A DNA stretch of 64,000 nt, taken from contig CAWAKP010000007.1 of the NCBI GenBank assembly GCA_963782665.1, positions 7,909 to 71,908 of the forward strand, in the 5' to 3' direction. This DNA is from an uncultured Actinomycetota bacterium. GTDB taxonomy: Bacteria > Actinomycetota > Actinomycetes > S36-B12 > CAIYMF01. Both the position numbers and the translations under genes were made by a program. The notes beneath the pieces are model-generated. The model was not told where the DNA came from and ran no database searches. It saw only the letters and a program-made list of their open reading frames with translations. Positions within the stretch are counted from its first letter, which is position 1. Every line of letters starts with the position of its first letter. Shown in pieces: positions 1 to 9,699 of this stretch.

Positions 1-55
1 ACCGGCGACCTCCGCCGTGACAGGGCGGCGCGCTAACCAACTGCGCTACGGGGCC
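1..55 (-). tRNA. tRNA-Asp (anticodon GTC), 3' portion cut off by window edge
   Basis: Reverse complement reads GGCCCCGTAGCGCAGTTGGTTAGCGCGCCGCCCTGTCACGGCGGAGGTCGCCGGT: acceptor stem, D-arm and anticodon loop CU-GUC-AC of actinobacterial tRNA-Asp. The T-arm lies left of position 1. Confidence 0.85.
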
Positions 56-71
56 TTGCGATGGTGCGTCG

Positions 72-144
72 TACCCCCAACGGGATTCGAACCCGTGCTG
101 CCGCCGTGAAAGGGCGGTGTCCTGGGCCACTAGACGATGGGGGC
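72..144 (-). tRNA. tRNA-Glu (anticodon TTC)
   Basis: Reverse complement GCCCCCATCGTCTAGTGGCCCAGGACACCGCCCTTTCACGGCGGCAGCACGGGTTCGAATCCCGTTGGGGGTA. 73 nt cloverleaf, anticodon loop CU-UUC-AC, GGTTCGAATCC T-loop, CCA not encoded. Confidence 0.9.
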
Positions 145-269
145 CTCGTACTGGCCTCCGACGTCGCCCGTCGGGGGACGCGCAGAGCATACGGGACTCC
201 CGGGTCCGGCTCCAAAACGGGATCCTCGCCGTGCGGACCCGTCCCGAGACCGCCGCGCGGGGGGATCGG

Positions 270-638
270 GTGCGCCACGATGGGATCGTGCTCGACATCG
301 GCCAGGAGGAGTTCGAGGCGCTCGTCGCCCAGGCGCTCGACGCGATCCCCGACGAGCTGGCACGACTGGTCGACAACGTGGTCTTCGTGGTCGAGGACGA
401 CGTGCCCGACGGCGAGGAGCCGCTGCTCGGACTCTACGAGGGCGTGCCGCTCACCGAGCGCGGGTCCTGGTACGCCGGGGTGCTGCCGGACCGCATCACG
501 ATCTTCCGCCGCCCGACCCTCGAGATCTGCGACACCGTCGACGACGTCGTCGACGAGGTGCACGTCACCGTCGTGCACGAGATCGCCCACCACTTCGGCA
601 TCGACGACGACCGGCTGCACGAGCTCGGGTACGACTGA
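270..638 (+). CDS. small zinc metallopeptidase family protein (zinicin-like, HExxH)
   Basis: In-frame GTG at 270 within ORF 117..638. C-terminal VVHEIAHHFGIDD motif and ~120-aa size typical of the small actinobacterial metallopeptidase family. Start uncertain. Confidence 0.7.
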   Translation: MRHDGIVLDIGQEEFEALVAQALDAIPDELARLVDNVVFVVEDDVPDGEEPLLGLYEGVPLTERGSWYAGVLPDRITIFRRPTLEICDTVDDVVDEVHVTVVHEIAHHFGIDDDRLHELGYD

Positions 639-658
639 GCGCAGCCGACGAGGACGAG

Positions 659-3600
659 TCACACCGGTGGCGGAGGGTCCTCGGCGTCGGCCTGGATCCG
701 GTCCATGACGGCCTTCCAGTGCGGCGTCTCGACGTCGTCGACCGACGCGAAGCTGCCGGGCACGGTGTCCTGGTGGGGCAGTGCGATCCCGAGCTCGCGG
801 GCCAGCTGCTCGGCGATGTCACCGGGCGGCGCCTGGGGAGTCGCGGTGACGGCGGGCGGCGCAGCAGGTGCCACCGGGGGCTCGACCGGGAGTGCGCCGG
901 GCAGCGCGACCGGCGCTCCCGTCGGCTCGGGTGCCTCGCGCCACGGCGCTGCGGCCTCGGGTGCGCCCTGGTCGGTGTCGACGAGCGCCGGCAGCTCGTC
1001 GTAGGACGGCGCGGGCTCGACCACCGAGCCCTCGACGACCGGCTCGGGCTCGAGGGTCGGTGTCGCGACGTCGGCCGGCCGTACCACCGGCGTGGCGTCC
1101 TCGGCCAGGCGCGCGGTCATCATCCGGGCCCACTCGTCGGCGTCGAACGTGGTCTCCGGAGCACGCCCGCGCGAGCCGGGCTCGGATCCCTCCGCGGAGC
1201 CGTCGTCCGCCGGCACCGCGCGCTTCGGCAACGTGATGCGTCCGCCGTGCAGCAGGTCGCTGTAGGTGTCGAGTGGCGCCGGCGGTCCGACGAGATCGCC
1301 GTGCACGGCGTGCACTCCGAGCGAGCGGGCGAGCTCGAGCTGGTCGTGGGACGCGACGTCCATCGCGATCGTGACGACACCGAGGGCCGACGCGGCCGCG
1401 ACCAGCGCCTGCACGACCTCGGCGGTCGAGGCGCTGTGCGCAGCCTCCTCGAGCAGCGACGGGTCGAGGGACACCGACGCGGCGGAGAGCTGCTGCAGGA
1501 CGCCGAGGGGCACGGCGTCGGCCGTGAAGTGTCCGACGCCGATCGCCAGCGGTCCGAGCTCGAGCAGCTCGTCGAGCGACTGGTGCACCGTGTTGCGTCG
1601 GGTCAGGACCGAGACGTCGCTCTCGTGGAGGTCGAGGACGATCGACGGCGCGGAGTCGCCGCCCTGCGAGCCGTCCGGCCCGCGCAGGGCCGCGGCGATG
1701 GCCACCCTCGTCGACGACGCGACCGCGGCACGGGCGGACAGCGGCACCCACACGGACACGTGGTCGACGCGGGTCGGCGCAACCGTACGGACGTCCCGGA
1801 TCGCCTGCGCCACAGACCATTGCACGACCGGAGTGGCGCGCGTGCTCGACTCGTGGCCGCCATGGACATCATGGGACGGAATCGGCTCACGGCTGTTGTT
1901 GCGCCAACGCACGACCGTCGTGACGCCGAGCACCGCGCCCGTCGAGAGCGACACGATCGGCTGGTAGTGCTGGGTCAGCTCGCCACGGGCCACGGCTCCG
2001 GCGAGGTCGAGCGGCGCCGCGACGGGACGCCCGTCGGAGTCGGCGCGCACGACTCGAGATCCACCGGCCATCTTCGCCCGGTACATCGCCGAGTCCGCGC
2101 GACGCAGCAGCTGCTCGACGTCCTCGTCCTCGGCGTTCGTGGCGATGCCGATGCTCGCCCCCGGACGGACGGTCTCCCCGCCGATGGTGATCGGTTCGAT
2201 GGCGGCCGCGAGGATGCGTCGACCGATCTCGTCGACGGTCGACTCGTCGAGCAGGTCCTCGCAGATCGCGATGAACTCGTCACCGCCGAGGCGACCGAGG
2301 GTGTCCGCGTCGCGCAGAGCCTCGCGCACCGCCGCCGCCGTGCTCGTGATGAGCTGGTCGCCCGCGCGGTGCTTCCAGGGGTGCGTGTCGTTGACCCGCT
2401 TCAGGTCGTCGAGGTCGATGAAGAAGACGGCGAGGCGTGATCCCGTCCGTCGGGCACGCGTCATCGCACGCTCGAGGCGGTCGATGATGAGGCGTCGGTT
2501 GGGCAGCCCGGTCAGCTCGTCGTGGAGGGCGTCGTGCCGCAGCTGGTCCTCGGTGGCCTTGGCGCCGGACACGTCCTCGAGCGACAGCAGCGTGTGCACG
2601 CTGCCCCGGTAGTCGAGGTCGGAGGTGCGCACTCGGGCCCACACGGTGCTGCCGTCGGCCCGCAGGATGCGGCCCTCGGTCGATGACTGCAGGGTGCCTT
2701 CGCTGATCCGACGCGCGCGCGAGATCACTGCGGCCGCACGATCTTGCGGGTGCAGGAGCGCCTCGTAGACCGTCGCGAGCACCGCTTCGCGGGTGCGCCC
2801 GACCAGCGTGCAGAACGAGTCGTTGACGTCGGTGAACTGTCCGTTGTCGTCGAGGACGGCGAGGCCCACGGGACTCACGCCGAACACCTCGCGGAACGCG
2901 CGCTCGCTCTCCGCGACACGCAGCGCCGACTCGACCCGGTCGTGGACGTCGCGGACGAGGAGCACGACCTCGGTGACCCGTCCCTCGGCGTCCCGGCGGA
3001 ACTCCGACACGCGCAGCTCACGCCAGCGCCACTCGTCGGCGACCCGGAAGCGGGCGTCGGTGTGCCGGACCTCACCGTCGTCGAGGTCCGCGAAGCTGCG
3101 ACGCCAGGTGATGAGGGCGGCGAGGTCGTCGGGGTGGACGTCGTCGCGCAGGTGCCCGCCGTGGCGCAGGTGCGCCACGAGCTCGGGTGCGTCGTCCTCG
3201 TTGCCCGCCATGCTCACCACGCGACCGTTGTCGAGGTCGTAGAGCAGCAGCAGGTCCGGTGACGCGGAGAGGACCGCTTCTGCGAGCCCCACCCTCTCGT
3301 CGGCGTCGATGGCTTCGCCCCACTGCGACGGCGGCTCGACCTGGTCCGTGCCGGCCGCGGCGGTGACCCGGGCGGCGAGCACCGCGGCGTCCTCCGTCGA
3401 CCGCTGCTCGTCCTCGACCGTGCCGGCCGCTGTCGCCGACCCGGTCGTGTCGTCGTCGCCGGGTTCCGTGGAAGACACCGGCTCCGCGACCGCCGTGTCC
3501 ACCGGCACCGGCTCGACCTCGACCGGCTCGGGCGCCGTCGCCTGGTCGGGCACCGTGCGCGCATCGGAAGGAGCACCCGGTGTCGTGGCCAGCTCGCGGA

Positions 3601-4015
3601 CGTCGACCACGCGCGGGTTCGATGTCACGGCAGAGCGCGGCGCGGCGCGGTGCACCACGCCGACACCGCGGCCGAGCGCGCGGAGCACGAGGTCGCGCAT
3701 CTCGCCGGACTCGCCGACCGTGGTGTAGCGCAGCTCGACGTCGGGGTCCTCGAGCGTCGCGATGTACGCGGCGCGCAGGGCACCGGCGTCGGTGAGCCCC
3801 CACCCGAGGTCGTCGATGGTGCGGACCCGTCGCCATCGGGGACGCCCGTGCAGGCGGTAGGCCTCGTCGGACCACCAGACGCGGCCGTCGTCGTCGATCG
3901 AGACCAGGCCGACCTCGGCGGACGTCGCTGCTCGCACCAGGGCGTCGTCGATACCACCGCGGGCGGCATAGTCCGCCGCGACGGTGGTCAGCCAACCCGG
4001 CGAACCGTCACGCAC
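659..4015 (-). CDS. PAS / GGDEF / degenerate-EAL signalling protein (diguanylate cyclase with likely inactive phosphodiesterase domain)
   Basis: 1118-aa ORF. Intact GGDEF (RLGGDEFIAI) preceded by RDAD at I-site spacing. EAL-fold region starts YQPIVSL, but the EAL, DDFGTG and EGVE positions read TVV, GHFTAD and MDVA. Long Pro/Ala-rich C-terminal tail. Confidence 0.85.
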   Translation of the reverse strand: MRDGSPGWLTTVAADYAARGGIDDALVRAATSAEVGLVSIDDDGRVWWSDEAYRLHGRPRWRRVRTIDDLGWGLTDAGALRAAYIATLEDPDVELRYTTVGESGEMRDLVLRALGRGVGVVHRAAPRSAVTSNPRVVDVRELATTPGAPSDARTVPDQATAPEPVEVEPVPVDTAVAEPVSSTEPGDDDTTGSATAAGTVEDEQRSTEDAAVLAARVTAAAGTDQVEPPSQWGEAIDADERVGLAEAVLSASPDLLLLYDLDNGRVVSMAGNEDDAPELVAHLRHGGHLRDDVHPDDLAALITWRRSFADLDDGEVRHTDARFRVADEWRWRELRVSEFRRDAEGRVTEVVLLVRDVHDRVESALRVAESERAFREVFGVSPVGLAVLDDNGQFTDVNDSFCTLVGRTREAVLATVYEALLHPQDRAAAVISRARRISEGTLQSSTEGRILRADGSTVWARVRTSDLDYRGSVHTLLSLEDVSGAKATEDQLRHDALHDELTGLPNRRLIIDRLERAMTRARRTGSRLAVFFIDLDDLKRVNDTHPWKHRAGDQLITSTAAAVREALRDADTLGRLGGDEFIAICEDLLDESTVDEIGRRILAAAIEPITIGGETVRPGASIGIATNAEDEDVEQLLRRADSAMYRAKMAGGSRVVRADSDGRPVAAPLDLAGAVARGELTQHYQPIVSLSTGAVLGVTTVVRWRNNSREPIPSHDVHGGHESSTRATPVVQWSVAQAIRDVRTVAPTRVDHVSVWVPLSARAAVASSTRVAIAAALRGPDGSQGGDSAPSIVLDLHESDVSVLTRRNTVHQSLDELLELGPLAIGVGHFTADAVPLGVLQQLSAASVSLDPSLLEEAAHSASTAEVVQALVAAASALGVVTIAMDVASHDQLELARSLGVHAVHGDLVGPPAPLDTYSDLLHGGRITLPKRAVPADDGSAEGSEPGSRGRAPETTFDADEWARMMTARLAEDATPVVRPADVATPTLEPEPVVEGSVVEPAPSYDELPALVDTDQGAPEAAAPWREAPEPTGAPVALPGALPVEPPVAPAAPPAVTATPQAPPGDIAEQLARELGIALPHQDTVPGSFASVDDVETPHWKAVMDRIQADAEDPPPPV

Positions 4016-4124
4016 GACGTGATTCTCCCGCGTCGACCACTCCCCGTCACAAGACGGGCCGGGAAGGTTGAGCCGTGTGAGTGAGAAGGGGGGTCACCGT
4101 GCGTGAGATCGGCCTCGCGCGGTG

Positions 4125-4919
4125 TCAGGACGTGGCCGCGACGTCCGATTTCAGGTCGTCGAGGCGTCCCGCGACCCTGCTCGCGAGCAGGGCGATGTCG
4201 TGGAGCTCCTGCGGAGTGGCCGTGGCTGACACGGACGTGTAGACGAGGGCCACGAGGACGCGGCCCCGCACCTGCCAGACCCGGGTGGCGCGGTAGGTGC
4301 CCGCGCCCGTCCCGGGGTCGACGGTCGTCGACACCAGCAGCCGGTGGTCGGCGGGGACGAGGCCCGAGGTGTCGATGTCGTCGCTCGGGACGACGGTGAG
4401 CGTGGCGGTCTCGCTCCCCGACGTCGCCTGACGCGGGCTCGCGCACCCCTCGTCGGCGACCCGGAGCTGCATGAGCGCGGCCGACGCAGCCGCGGCGGTG
4501 CGGTAGTAGACCGCCTCCGTGGCAACTCCGGCGTCCGCCCCCGACGACGTGGTGGCGACCATCCGCCGACGCGCCTGCCGGTCGGACTCGCTGGGGTAGG
4601 CGCCGGAGCAGTAGGTCAGCGAGTGCACCGCGAGCGACGTGCCGTCCGTCGCGAGGGCGACGGTGAGGCCGGTGCCGACGTCGATCGGCTGGAGACCGAC
4701 GCCCTCGAGCGCCTGCTGGGTCGTGTCGAGCGGGGTGGCCGACGCGCTCGGGCCCAGGCCCGCCGGGCCGTACCCGGCGACGAAGAGTCCGGGGTGCCAG
4801 GCCGAGGCGACCGGGATCGGTGTGGCAGTGACGGCCACCTGGCCGCCGCAGGCGGACAGGGCCAGTGCCGCGGCGACAGCGGTCGCTGCCGCGGCCGCCC
4901 GGCCCCAGGTCGTCCTCAT
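4125..4919 (-). CDS. putative lipoprotein, function unknown
   Basis: 264-aa ORF with signal peptide and lipobox (AAALALSAC-GGQ). No catalytic motif recognised. Confidence 0.6.
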   Translation of the reverse strand: MRTTWGRAAAAATAVAAALALSACGGQVAVTATPIPVASAWHPGLFVAGYGPAGLGPSASATPLDTTQQALEGVGLQPIDVGTGLTVALATDGTSLAVHSLTYCSGAYPSESDRQARRRMVATTSSGADAGVATEAVYYRTAAAASAALMQLRVADEGCASPRQATSGSETATLTVVPSDDIDTSGLVPADHRLLVSTTVDPGTGAGTYRATRVWQVRGRVLVALVYTSVSATATPQELHDIALLASRVAGRLDDLKSDVAATS

Positions 4920-5054
4920 GCGTGCAGTATCGCCCGACCTGCGGCGCCCGGCACAGACAGGTGCCGTCCGACCGGGTGTCGGCGAATCGGTCGGGAGACG
5001 GGGCGGGGCCGCACGGGGGCACGTCGGCCCCGCCTCGTCGATCGGGACGGCCGG

Positions 5055-7286
5055 TCAGGCCGTGGTGGTGGTCGTCGTCGACGGCGACGTGGGTGCCGTG
5101 AGGTCGTAGACGGTCACGCCGTCGACGGTCTGCGCGGTGAAGGTGGCGGCGACCCACGAGGCGATCTCGCTCGTCGCGGACGACCCGCCGTTGGCGTTGC
5201 CGCCGCCGAACCCGCCGCCGCCGATGAAGTAGTGCACCTGGTGCGCTGCGACGTAGGACTGGAACACCGCCAGCGTGGGCCACGGGTCACTGCCGTTGAA
5301 ACCGCCGAGGGACATGACCGGCAGGCCGCTGGCGAGCTGGTAGCCCGCCGCCGTCTGCGCGCCGACCGCGGCGGCCACCCACGTGTAGGAGGCGGAGTCC
5401 GCGCTGAGCATCGAGGTGAGCGCCGCGCCCGGCGTGCTGGCGTCGAGGAGACCGCCCGGGCCGCCGGTCCCGCCGGGACGTCCCGCCGCCCCGCCGGGGC
5501 CACCCGTCATCCCGCCCGGGCCACCCGCGGTGCCGCCGCCGGGCAGCGCGCCCGTGCCGTTCTGCGCCCCCTGACCCGGTGCGAACCCGGCGGGCGGGCC
5601 GAACCCGCCACCCGGTCGGGCGCCGCCGGGTCCGAACCCGCGGCCACCGGTGACCGTCGGGCCGGCGGAGGGCAGCGACCCGGTGTGCGCGGTCGAGGCC
5701 GTCTGCACCGAGTACGCCGTGGGCGCCAGCAGCGCGGAGACGAGCGCCGTGCCCGCGACGACCAGCGCGACGCGGCGGCTCATCCGCTCGACCACGAGCA
5801 GGGCGAGCGCGGCACCGATGCCCAGGACCAGGACGGCGTAGCGCAACCAGGGCAGCCACTCCGACGAGCGCGACAGCAGCACGGCCGCCCACACCGAGGT
5901 GCCCGCGACGACGAACGCGAGGGTGATGCGCGCGGCGGCGTTGTCGCGCAGCCTCCACAGCACGACCCCGCCGATGCCCACGAGCGCACCGATCGCCGGG
6001 GCGAGCGCCACGGTGTAGTAGGAGTGGATGATGCCCTGCGCGTAGGAGATGACCAGCGCCGTCACGAGCAGCCAGCCCAGCCACAGGATCGTGGCGGCAC
6101 GAAGCCGATCGGTGCGCGGGGCCCGACGCGTGACCCAGAGGGTCGCGATGCCGAGGGCGAGGGCGGCGGGGATGAGCCAGGCGACCTGGCCGCCGTAGTC
6201 GGCGCTGAACAGTCGGCCCCAGCCGGTCTCGCCCCACATCGACGTCGCACCTCCGGCCGCGTTCCCGCCGCCGGTGACGCTGCCGACCTCGTTGCCGGTG
6301 ATGCGGCCCAGGCCGTTGTAGCCCCAGATGAGCTCCCACACCGAGTTGGTCTGCGAGCCGCCGATGTAGGGACGGCTGCTCGCGGGCCACAGCTCGACGA
6401 GCGCCACCCACCAGCCGGCCGCCACCACGACGGCCACGCCGGCGGCGAGGAGGTCGAGGATCCGGCGGCGCAGCGACGTCGGTGCGGCCAGCAGGTAGGC
6501 CAGCGCGAACGCGGGCACCGGCAGGAAGGCCTGCAGGCTCTTGGTGAGGAACGCGAATCCGACGAGGACCCCGGTGGCGACCAGCCAGCGGGTCGACGCC
6601 CTCTCGATGGCGCGCACGGTGGTGTACGCCGCTGCCGTCAGCAGCAGGACGAGCAGCGCGTCGGGGTTGTTGAAGCGGAACATCAGCGTGGCCACCGGGG
6701 TCACGGCGAGCACGGCACCGGCGATGAGGCCGGCCGTCGGACCGGCCCAGCGACGTACGGCGAGGTAGAGCAGACCCACGCTCGCCACGCCCATGAGGGC
6801 CTGCGGGACCAGGATGCTCCACGAGCTGACGCCGAAGATGCGCGCCGCGATCTCCATCGGCCACAGCGCCGCGGGCGGCTTGTCGACGGTGATGAAGTTC
6901 GCGGCGTCGCTCGAGCCGAACAGGAACGCCTTCCAGCTCTGCGACCCGGCCTGCACCGCCGCGGAGTAGAACGCGTTGGCCCAGCCGGATGCCGACAGCC
7001 CCCAGAGGTAGAGGACCGACGTCGCGGCGAGCAGCGCGAGCAGCGTCGGTCGCACCCAGCGCGGGTCGCCCGCGTCGCCGCGCCAGAGCCGAGACGTGCG
7101 AGAGTGCGGCGCCGGCGGCGTCGGATCCCCGTTGCCCGCGACGAGGTCGACCTCCTGCTCGACGAACGGCGGCAGCGCGACCGGATCGAGCCCGCTCAGC
7201 GGTGGCACGAAGCCCGGCTCGACCGTGGTCGGCTGCGGCGGCTCGAAGCCGGTCGGGTGGAGGTGGTCGGGCGAGACGGTGGTCAT
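5055..7286 (-). CDS. GT39/ArnT-PMT-like membrane glycosyltransferase with C-terminal extracytoplasmic domain
   Basis: ATG at 7286 overlaps the stop of the upstream gene (ATGA). Multi-TM N-terminal half containing FITVDKPPAALWPMEIAARIFG, typical of family 39 glycosyltransferases. Gly-rich linker follows. Confidence 0.8.
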   Translation of the reverse strand: MTTVSPDHLHPTGFEPPQPTTVEPGFVPPLSGLDPVALPPFVEQEVDLVAGNGDPTPPAPHSRTSRLWRGDAGDPRWVRPTLLALLAATSVLYLWGLSASGWANAFYSAAVQAGSQSWKAFLFGSSDAANFITVDKPPAALWPMEIAARIFGVSSWSILVPQALMGVASVGLLYLAVRRWAGPTAGLIAGAVLAVTPVATLMFRFNNPDALLVLLLTAAAYTTVRAIERASTRWLVATGVLVGFAFLTKSLQAFLPVPAFALAYLLAAPTSLRRRILDLLAAGVAVVVAAGWWVALVELWPASSRPYIGGSQTNSVWELIWGYNGLGRITGNEVGSVTGGGNAAGGATSMWGETGWGRLFSADYGGQVAWLIPAALALGIATLWVTRRAPRTDRLRAATILWLGWLLVTALVISYAQGIIHSYYTVALAPAIGALVGIGGVVLWRLRDNAAARITLAFVVAGTSVWAAVLLSRSSEWLPWLRYAVLVLGIGAALALLVVERMSRRVALVVAGTALVSALLAPTAYSVQTASTAHTGSLPSAGPTVTGGRGFGPGGARPGGGFGPPAGFAPGQGAQNGTGALPGGGTAGGPGGMTGGPGGAAGRPGGTGGPGGLLDASTPGAALTSMLSADSASYTWVAAAVGAQTAAGYQLASGLPVMSLGGFNGSDPWPTLAVFQSYVAAHQVHYFIGGGGFGGGNANGGSSATSEIASWVAATFTAQTVDGVTVYDLTAPTSPSTTTTTTA

Positions 7287-8593
7287 CGGGTCGTCCTCGG
7301 GTCGGTCGTCGTCGCCGACGAGTGAGCGGGTTGCGCGGAGGCGGTCCGCCGTGGGAACACCCACGAGCGGAAGAGGAGGAAGCGCACGAGCGTGGCCGTG
7401 ACGTTCGCGGCGACGAGCACGAGCAGCTCGACGGTGCGCGACGCGTCCGGTGCCGTCGCGTGGAGCAGCGCGAGCGCGGACGAGGTGAGGACGAGACCGA
7501 TCGCGAACACCACGAGCCCCTGCAGCTGGTGCCGGAACCGGTCGGTGGCGCCGCGTACTCCGAAGGTGAGCCGTCGGTTGGCCGCTGTGTTGGCGATCGC
7601 GGTGACGAGCAGTGCGGTGAGGTTGGCGCCCTGTGCGCCGAACGGCACGCGCAGCATCAGGAAGAGCGCGAGGTAGGCGAGGGTGGAGGCGACGCCGATC
7701 GCGGCGAACCTCACGAGCTGACGAGTGAGGCCAGGAGGTACGTCGGGTGCGCGGTACGTCGGCAGCGACGTCACCGGGATGCGACCTGTCGCCATGCCGC
7801 GAGCGAGGCGGACGATGCCGCGGAGGTCGGCGACCGCCGTCGACACGATCTCGACGCGCGAGTCGGGGTCGTCGACCCAGTCGACGGGCACCTCGTGGAT
7901 GCGCAGCCCGCTGCGCTCGGCCAGGACGAGCAGCTCGGTGTCGAAGAACCAGCCGGTGTCCTCGACGAGCGGGAGCAGCTCACGCGCACGATCCGCGCGG
8001 ATCGCCTTGAAGCCGCACTGCGCGTCGGAGAAGCGCGTGGCCAGGGTCGTCCGCAGGATGAGGTTGTAGGTGCGCGAGATGAGCTCGCGCTTGGGTCCGC
8101 GCACGACCCGCGAGCCGCGCGCGAGCCTCGTGCCGATCGCAAGGTCGCTGTGGCCGCTGAGCAGTGGTGCGACCAGGGGCAGCAGCGCGGCAAGGTCGGT
8201 GGACAGGTCGACGTCCATGTAGGCGAGGACTTCGGCGTCGCTCGCGGCCCACACCTGGCGCAGCGCCCGGCCGCGGCCTTTCTCCTCCAGGTGCACCGCC
8301 GTGACGCCGGGCAGCCGCTCGGCGAGGCCGAGGGCGAGGGCCCATGTGCCGTCGGTGCTCGCGTTGTCGGCGATCGTGATGCGGAACGCGTACGGAAGGT
8401 GTGCGGTGAGGAACGCGTGCAGCCGCTCGATGCTCGGGCCGAGGTCGGTCTGCTCGTTGTAGACGGGCACGACGACGTCGACGCGGACGGCGCCGAGGTC
8501 GTGGTCGTCGGTCGTCGCCGTCCGCGCGCCGGGCGACGCGAGCGCCTCGGGAGCAGCCGCCGTGGCCCTTGTCTGTCGGGTCGTCGTGGTCAT
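7283..8593 (-). CDS. GT2 polyprenyl-phosphate sugar synthase-like glycosyltransferase fused to GtrA-like membrane domain
   Basis: ATG at 8593. VVVPVYNE and YMDVDLS (DxD) GT-A motifs, C-terminal 4-TM GtrA-like region. Translationally coupled to the GT39 gene. Confidence 0.85.
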   Translation of the reverse strand: MTTTTRQTRATAAAPEALASPGARTATTDDHDLGAVRVDVVVPVYNEQTDLGPSIERLHAFLTAHLPYAFRITIADNASTDGTWALALGLAERLPGVTAVHLEEKGRGRALRQVWAASDAEVLAYMDVDLSTDLAALLPLVAPLLSGHSDLAIGTRLARGSRVVRGPKRELISRTYNLILRTTLATRFSDAQCGFKAIRADRARELLPLVEDTGWFFDTELLVLAERSGLRIHEVPVDWVDDPDSRVEIVSTAVADLRGIVRLARGMATGRIPVTSLPTYRAPDVPPGLTRQLVRFAAIGVASTLAYLALFLMLRVPFGAQGANLTALLVTAIANTAANRRLTFGVRGATDRFRHQLQGLVVFAIGLVLTSSALALLHATAPDASRTVELLVLVAANVTATLVRFLLFRSWVFPRRTASAQPAHSSATTTDPRTTR

Positions 8594-8740
8594 GGCTCCA
8601 CCGTCGGGTCCGGGCCTGGCAGGACCCTGGCAACGGGCTGGCGCGGGGGTCGGACCTGGCTTCGCACTCGCTGAGGAACCTGAGAGCGCGCTGATCTCCT
8701 CCGTTCGCCCGAGGCGGACCTTCTCCCGTTCGGGCCACCC

Positions 8741-9571
8741 GTGACGCACACTGGGGCTATGGCCGGACCCGTGGCCAGGACGCTCGAGGAGCTCGGCGAC
8801 CTGGTGCTGCACCCGGCGGGCTTCCGTCCGCCGATGCTGACGGCCGTGCGCGAGAACCTGTCCGTGCTGCGCGTCGCCGGTCGGCTCATCCCGCACCAGC
8901 GCGACGCCACCGAGCCGGACGCGTCGCGCGTACCGGTGCTCCTCGTGCCCGGCTTCTTCTCCGGGGACTTCGCGCTCGCGCCGATGGCAGAGGCGCTGCG
9001 CGCCCAGGGTCACTGGACGTCGCGCTCCGGGATAGCGCCCAACATCGGGTGCACGCGCGACCTCGCCGACGCCGTCGAGCGTCGCCTGGAGACGGCCGCC
9101 GAGCGCACCGGTCGCCGCGTGGCCATCGTGGGGTGGAGCCGGGGTGGCACCCTCGGCAAGATCGTGACGGTCCGGCGTCCCGAGCTCGTCGCGTCGTTGA
9201 TCACGCTGGGGACGCCCAACACCGACCCGCTCGCCGTCAACGCCACGCTCGCGCTGCAGCTGCAGGTGATCACGCGTCTCGCGGCGCTCGGCGTCCCCGG
9301 CCTGCTCGGCGACGACTGCCTCTCCGGTGACTGCGCTCATCAGGTGCGAGGCTGGCTGGACGCCGACGTCCCGGACGGCATCCCCTACACCTCGGTGTTC
9401 TCCCTCGACGACGGTGTCATCGACTGGCGGGCCTGCCTGGACCCGCAGGCCGCCCACGCCGAGGTGAGCGCGACCCACATGTCGATGGGCGCCGACCCCG
9501 AGGTCATCTCCCTCGTCACCGCCCTCCTCGCCGACGTCACCCCGACCCCCGTCCGTCCCGCCGTCCCCTGA
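8741..9571 (+). CDS. alpha/beta hydrolase (lipase/esterase-like)
   Basis: 276-aa ORF with nucleophile elbow GWSRGG. Alternative ATG start at 8759. Confidence 0.7.
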   Translation: MTHTGAMAGPVARTLEELGDLVLHPAGFRPPMLTAVRENLSVLRVAGRLIPHQRDATEPDASRVPVLLVPGFFSGDFALAPMAEALRAQGHWTSRSGIAPNIGCTRDLADAVERRLETAAERTGRRVAIVGWSRGGTLGKIVTVRRPELVASLITLGTPNTDPLAVNATLALQLQVITRLAALGVPGLLGDDCLSGDCAHQVRGWLDADVPDGIPYTSVFSLDDGVIDWRACLDPQAAHAEVSATHMSMGADPEVISLVTALLADVTPTPVRPAVP

Positions 9572-9699
9572 CGAGTTATCCACGAATGTTGTCAACAGGG
9601 GTGTGCACGACCGTGGCGGTGAGCACGGCGGGCTGTGGACGTTCCTGTGGGTAGACCTGTGCAGGAAGATTGGTGGCCCCAACCCCTTGTGGCACCGCG

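Noticed and set aside
137-7325. Very long ORFs overlapping annotated genes in other frames or on the opposite strand (e.g. 137..2440, 819..1820, 3988..5283, 4344..7325, 5287..6864)
   Set aside because: Their translations are Arg/Ala/Gly/Pro-rich low-complexity strings typical of shadow ORFs in very GC-rich DNA. The overlapping frames carry clear family motifs. The same applies to 19763..21958, 22021..23085, 25644..27284, 28016..30118, 34891..36297, 37331..39370, 45751..46986, 61690..63972 and others.
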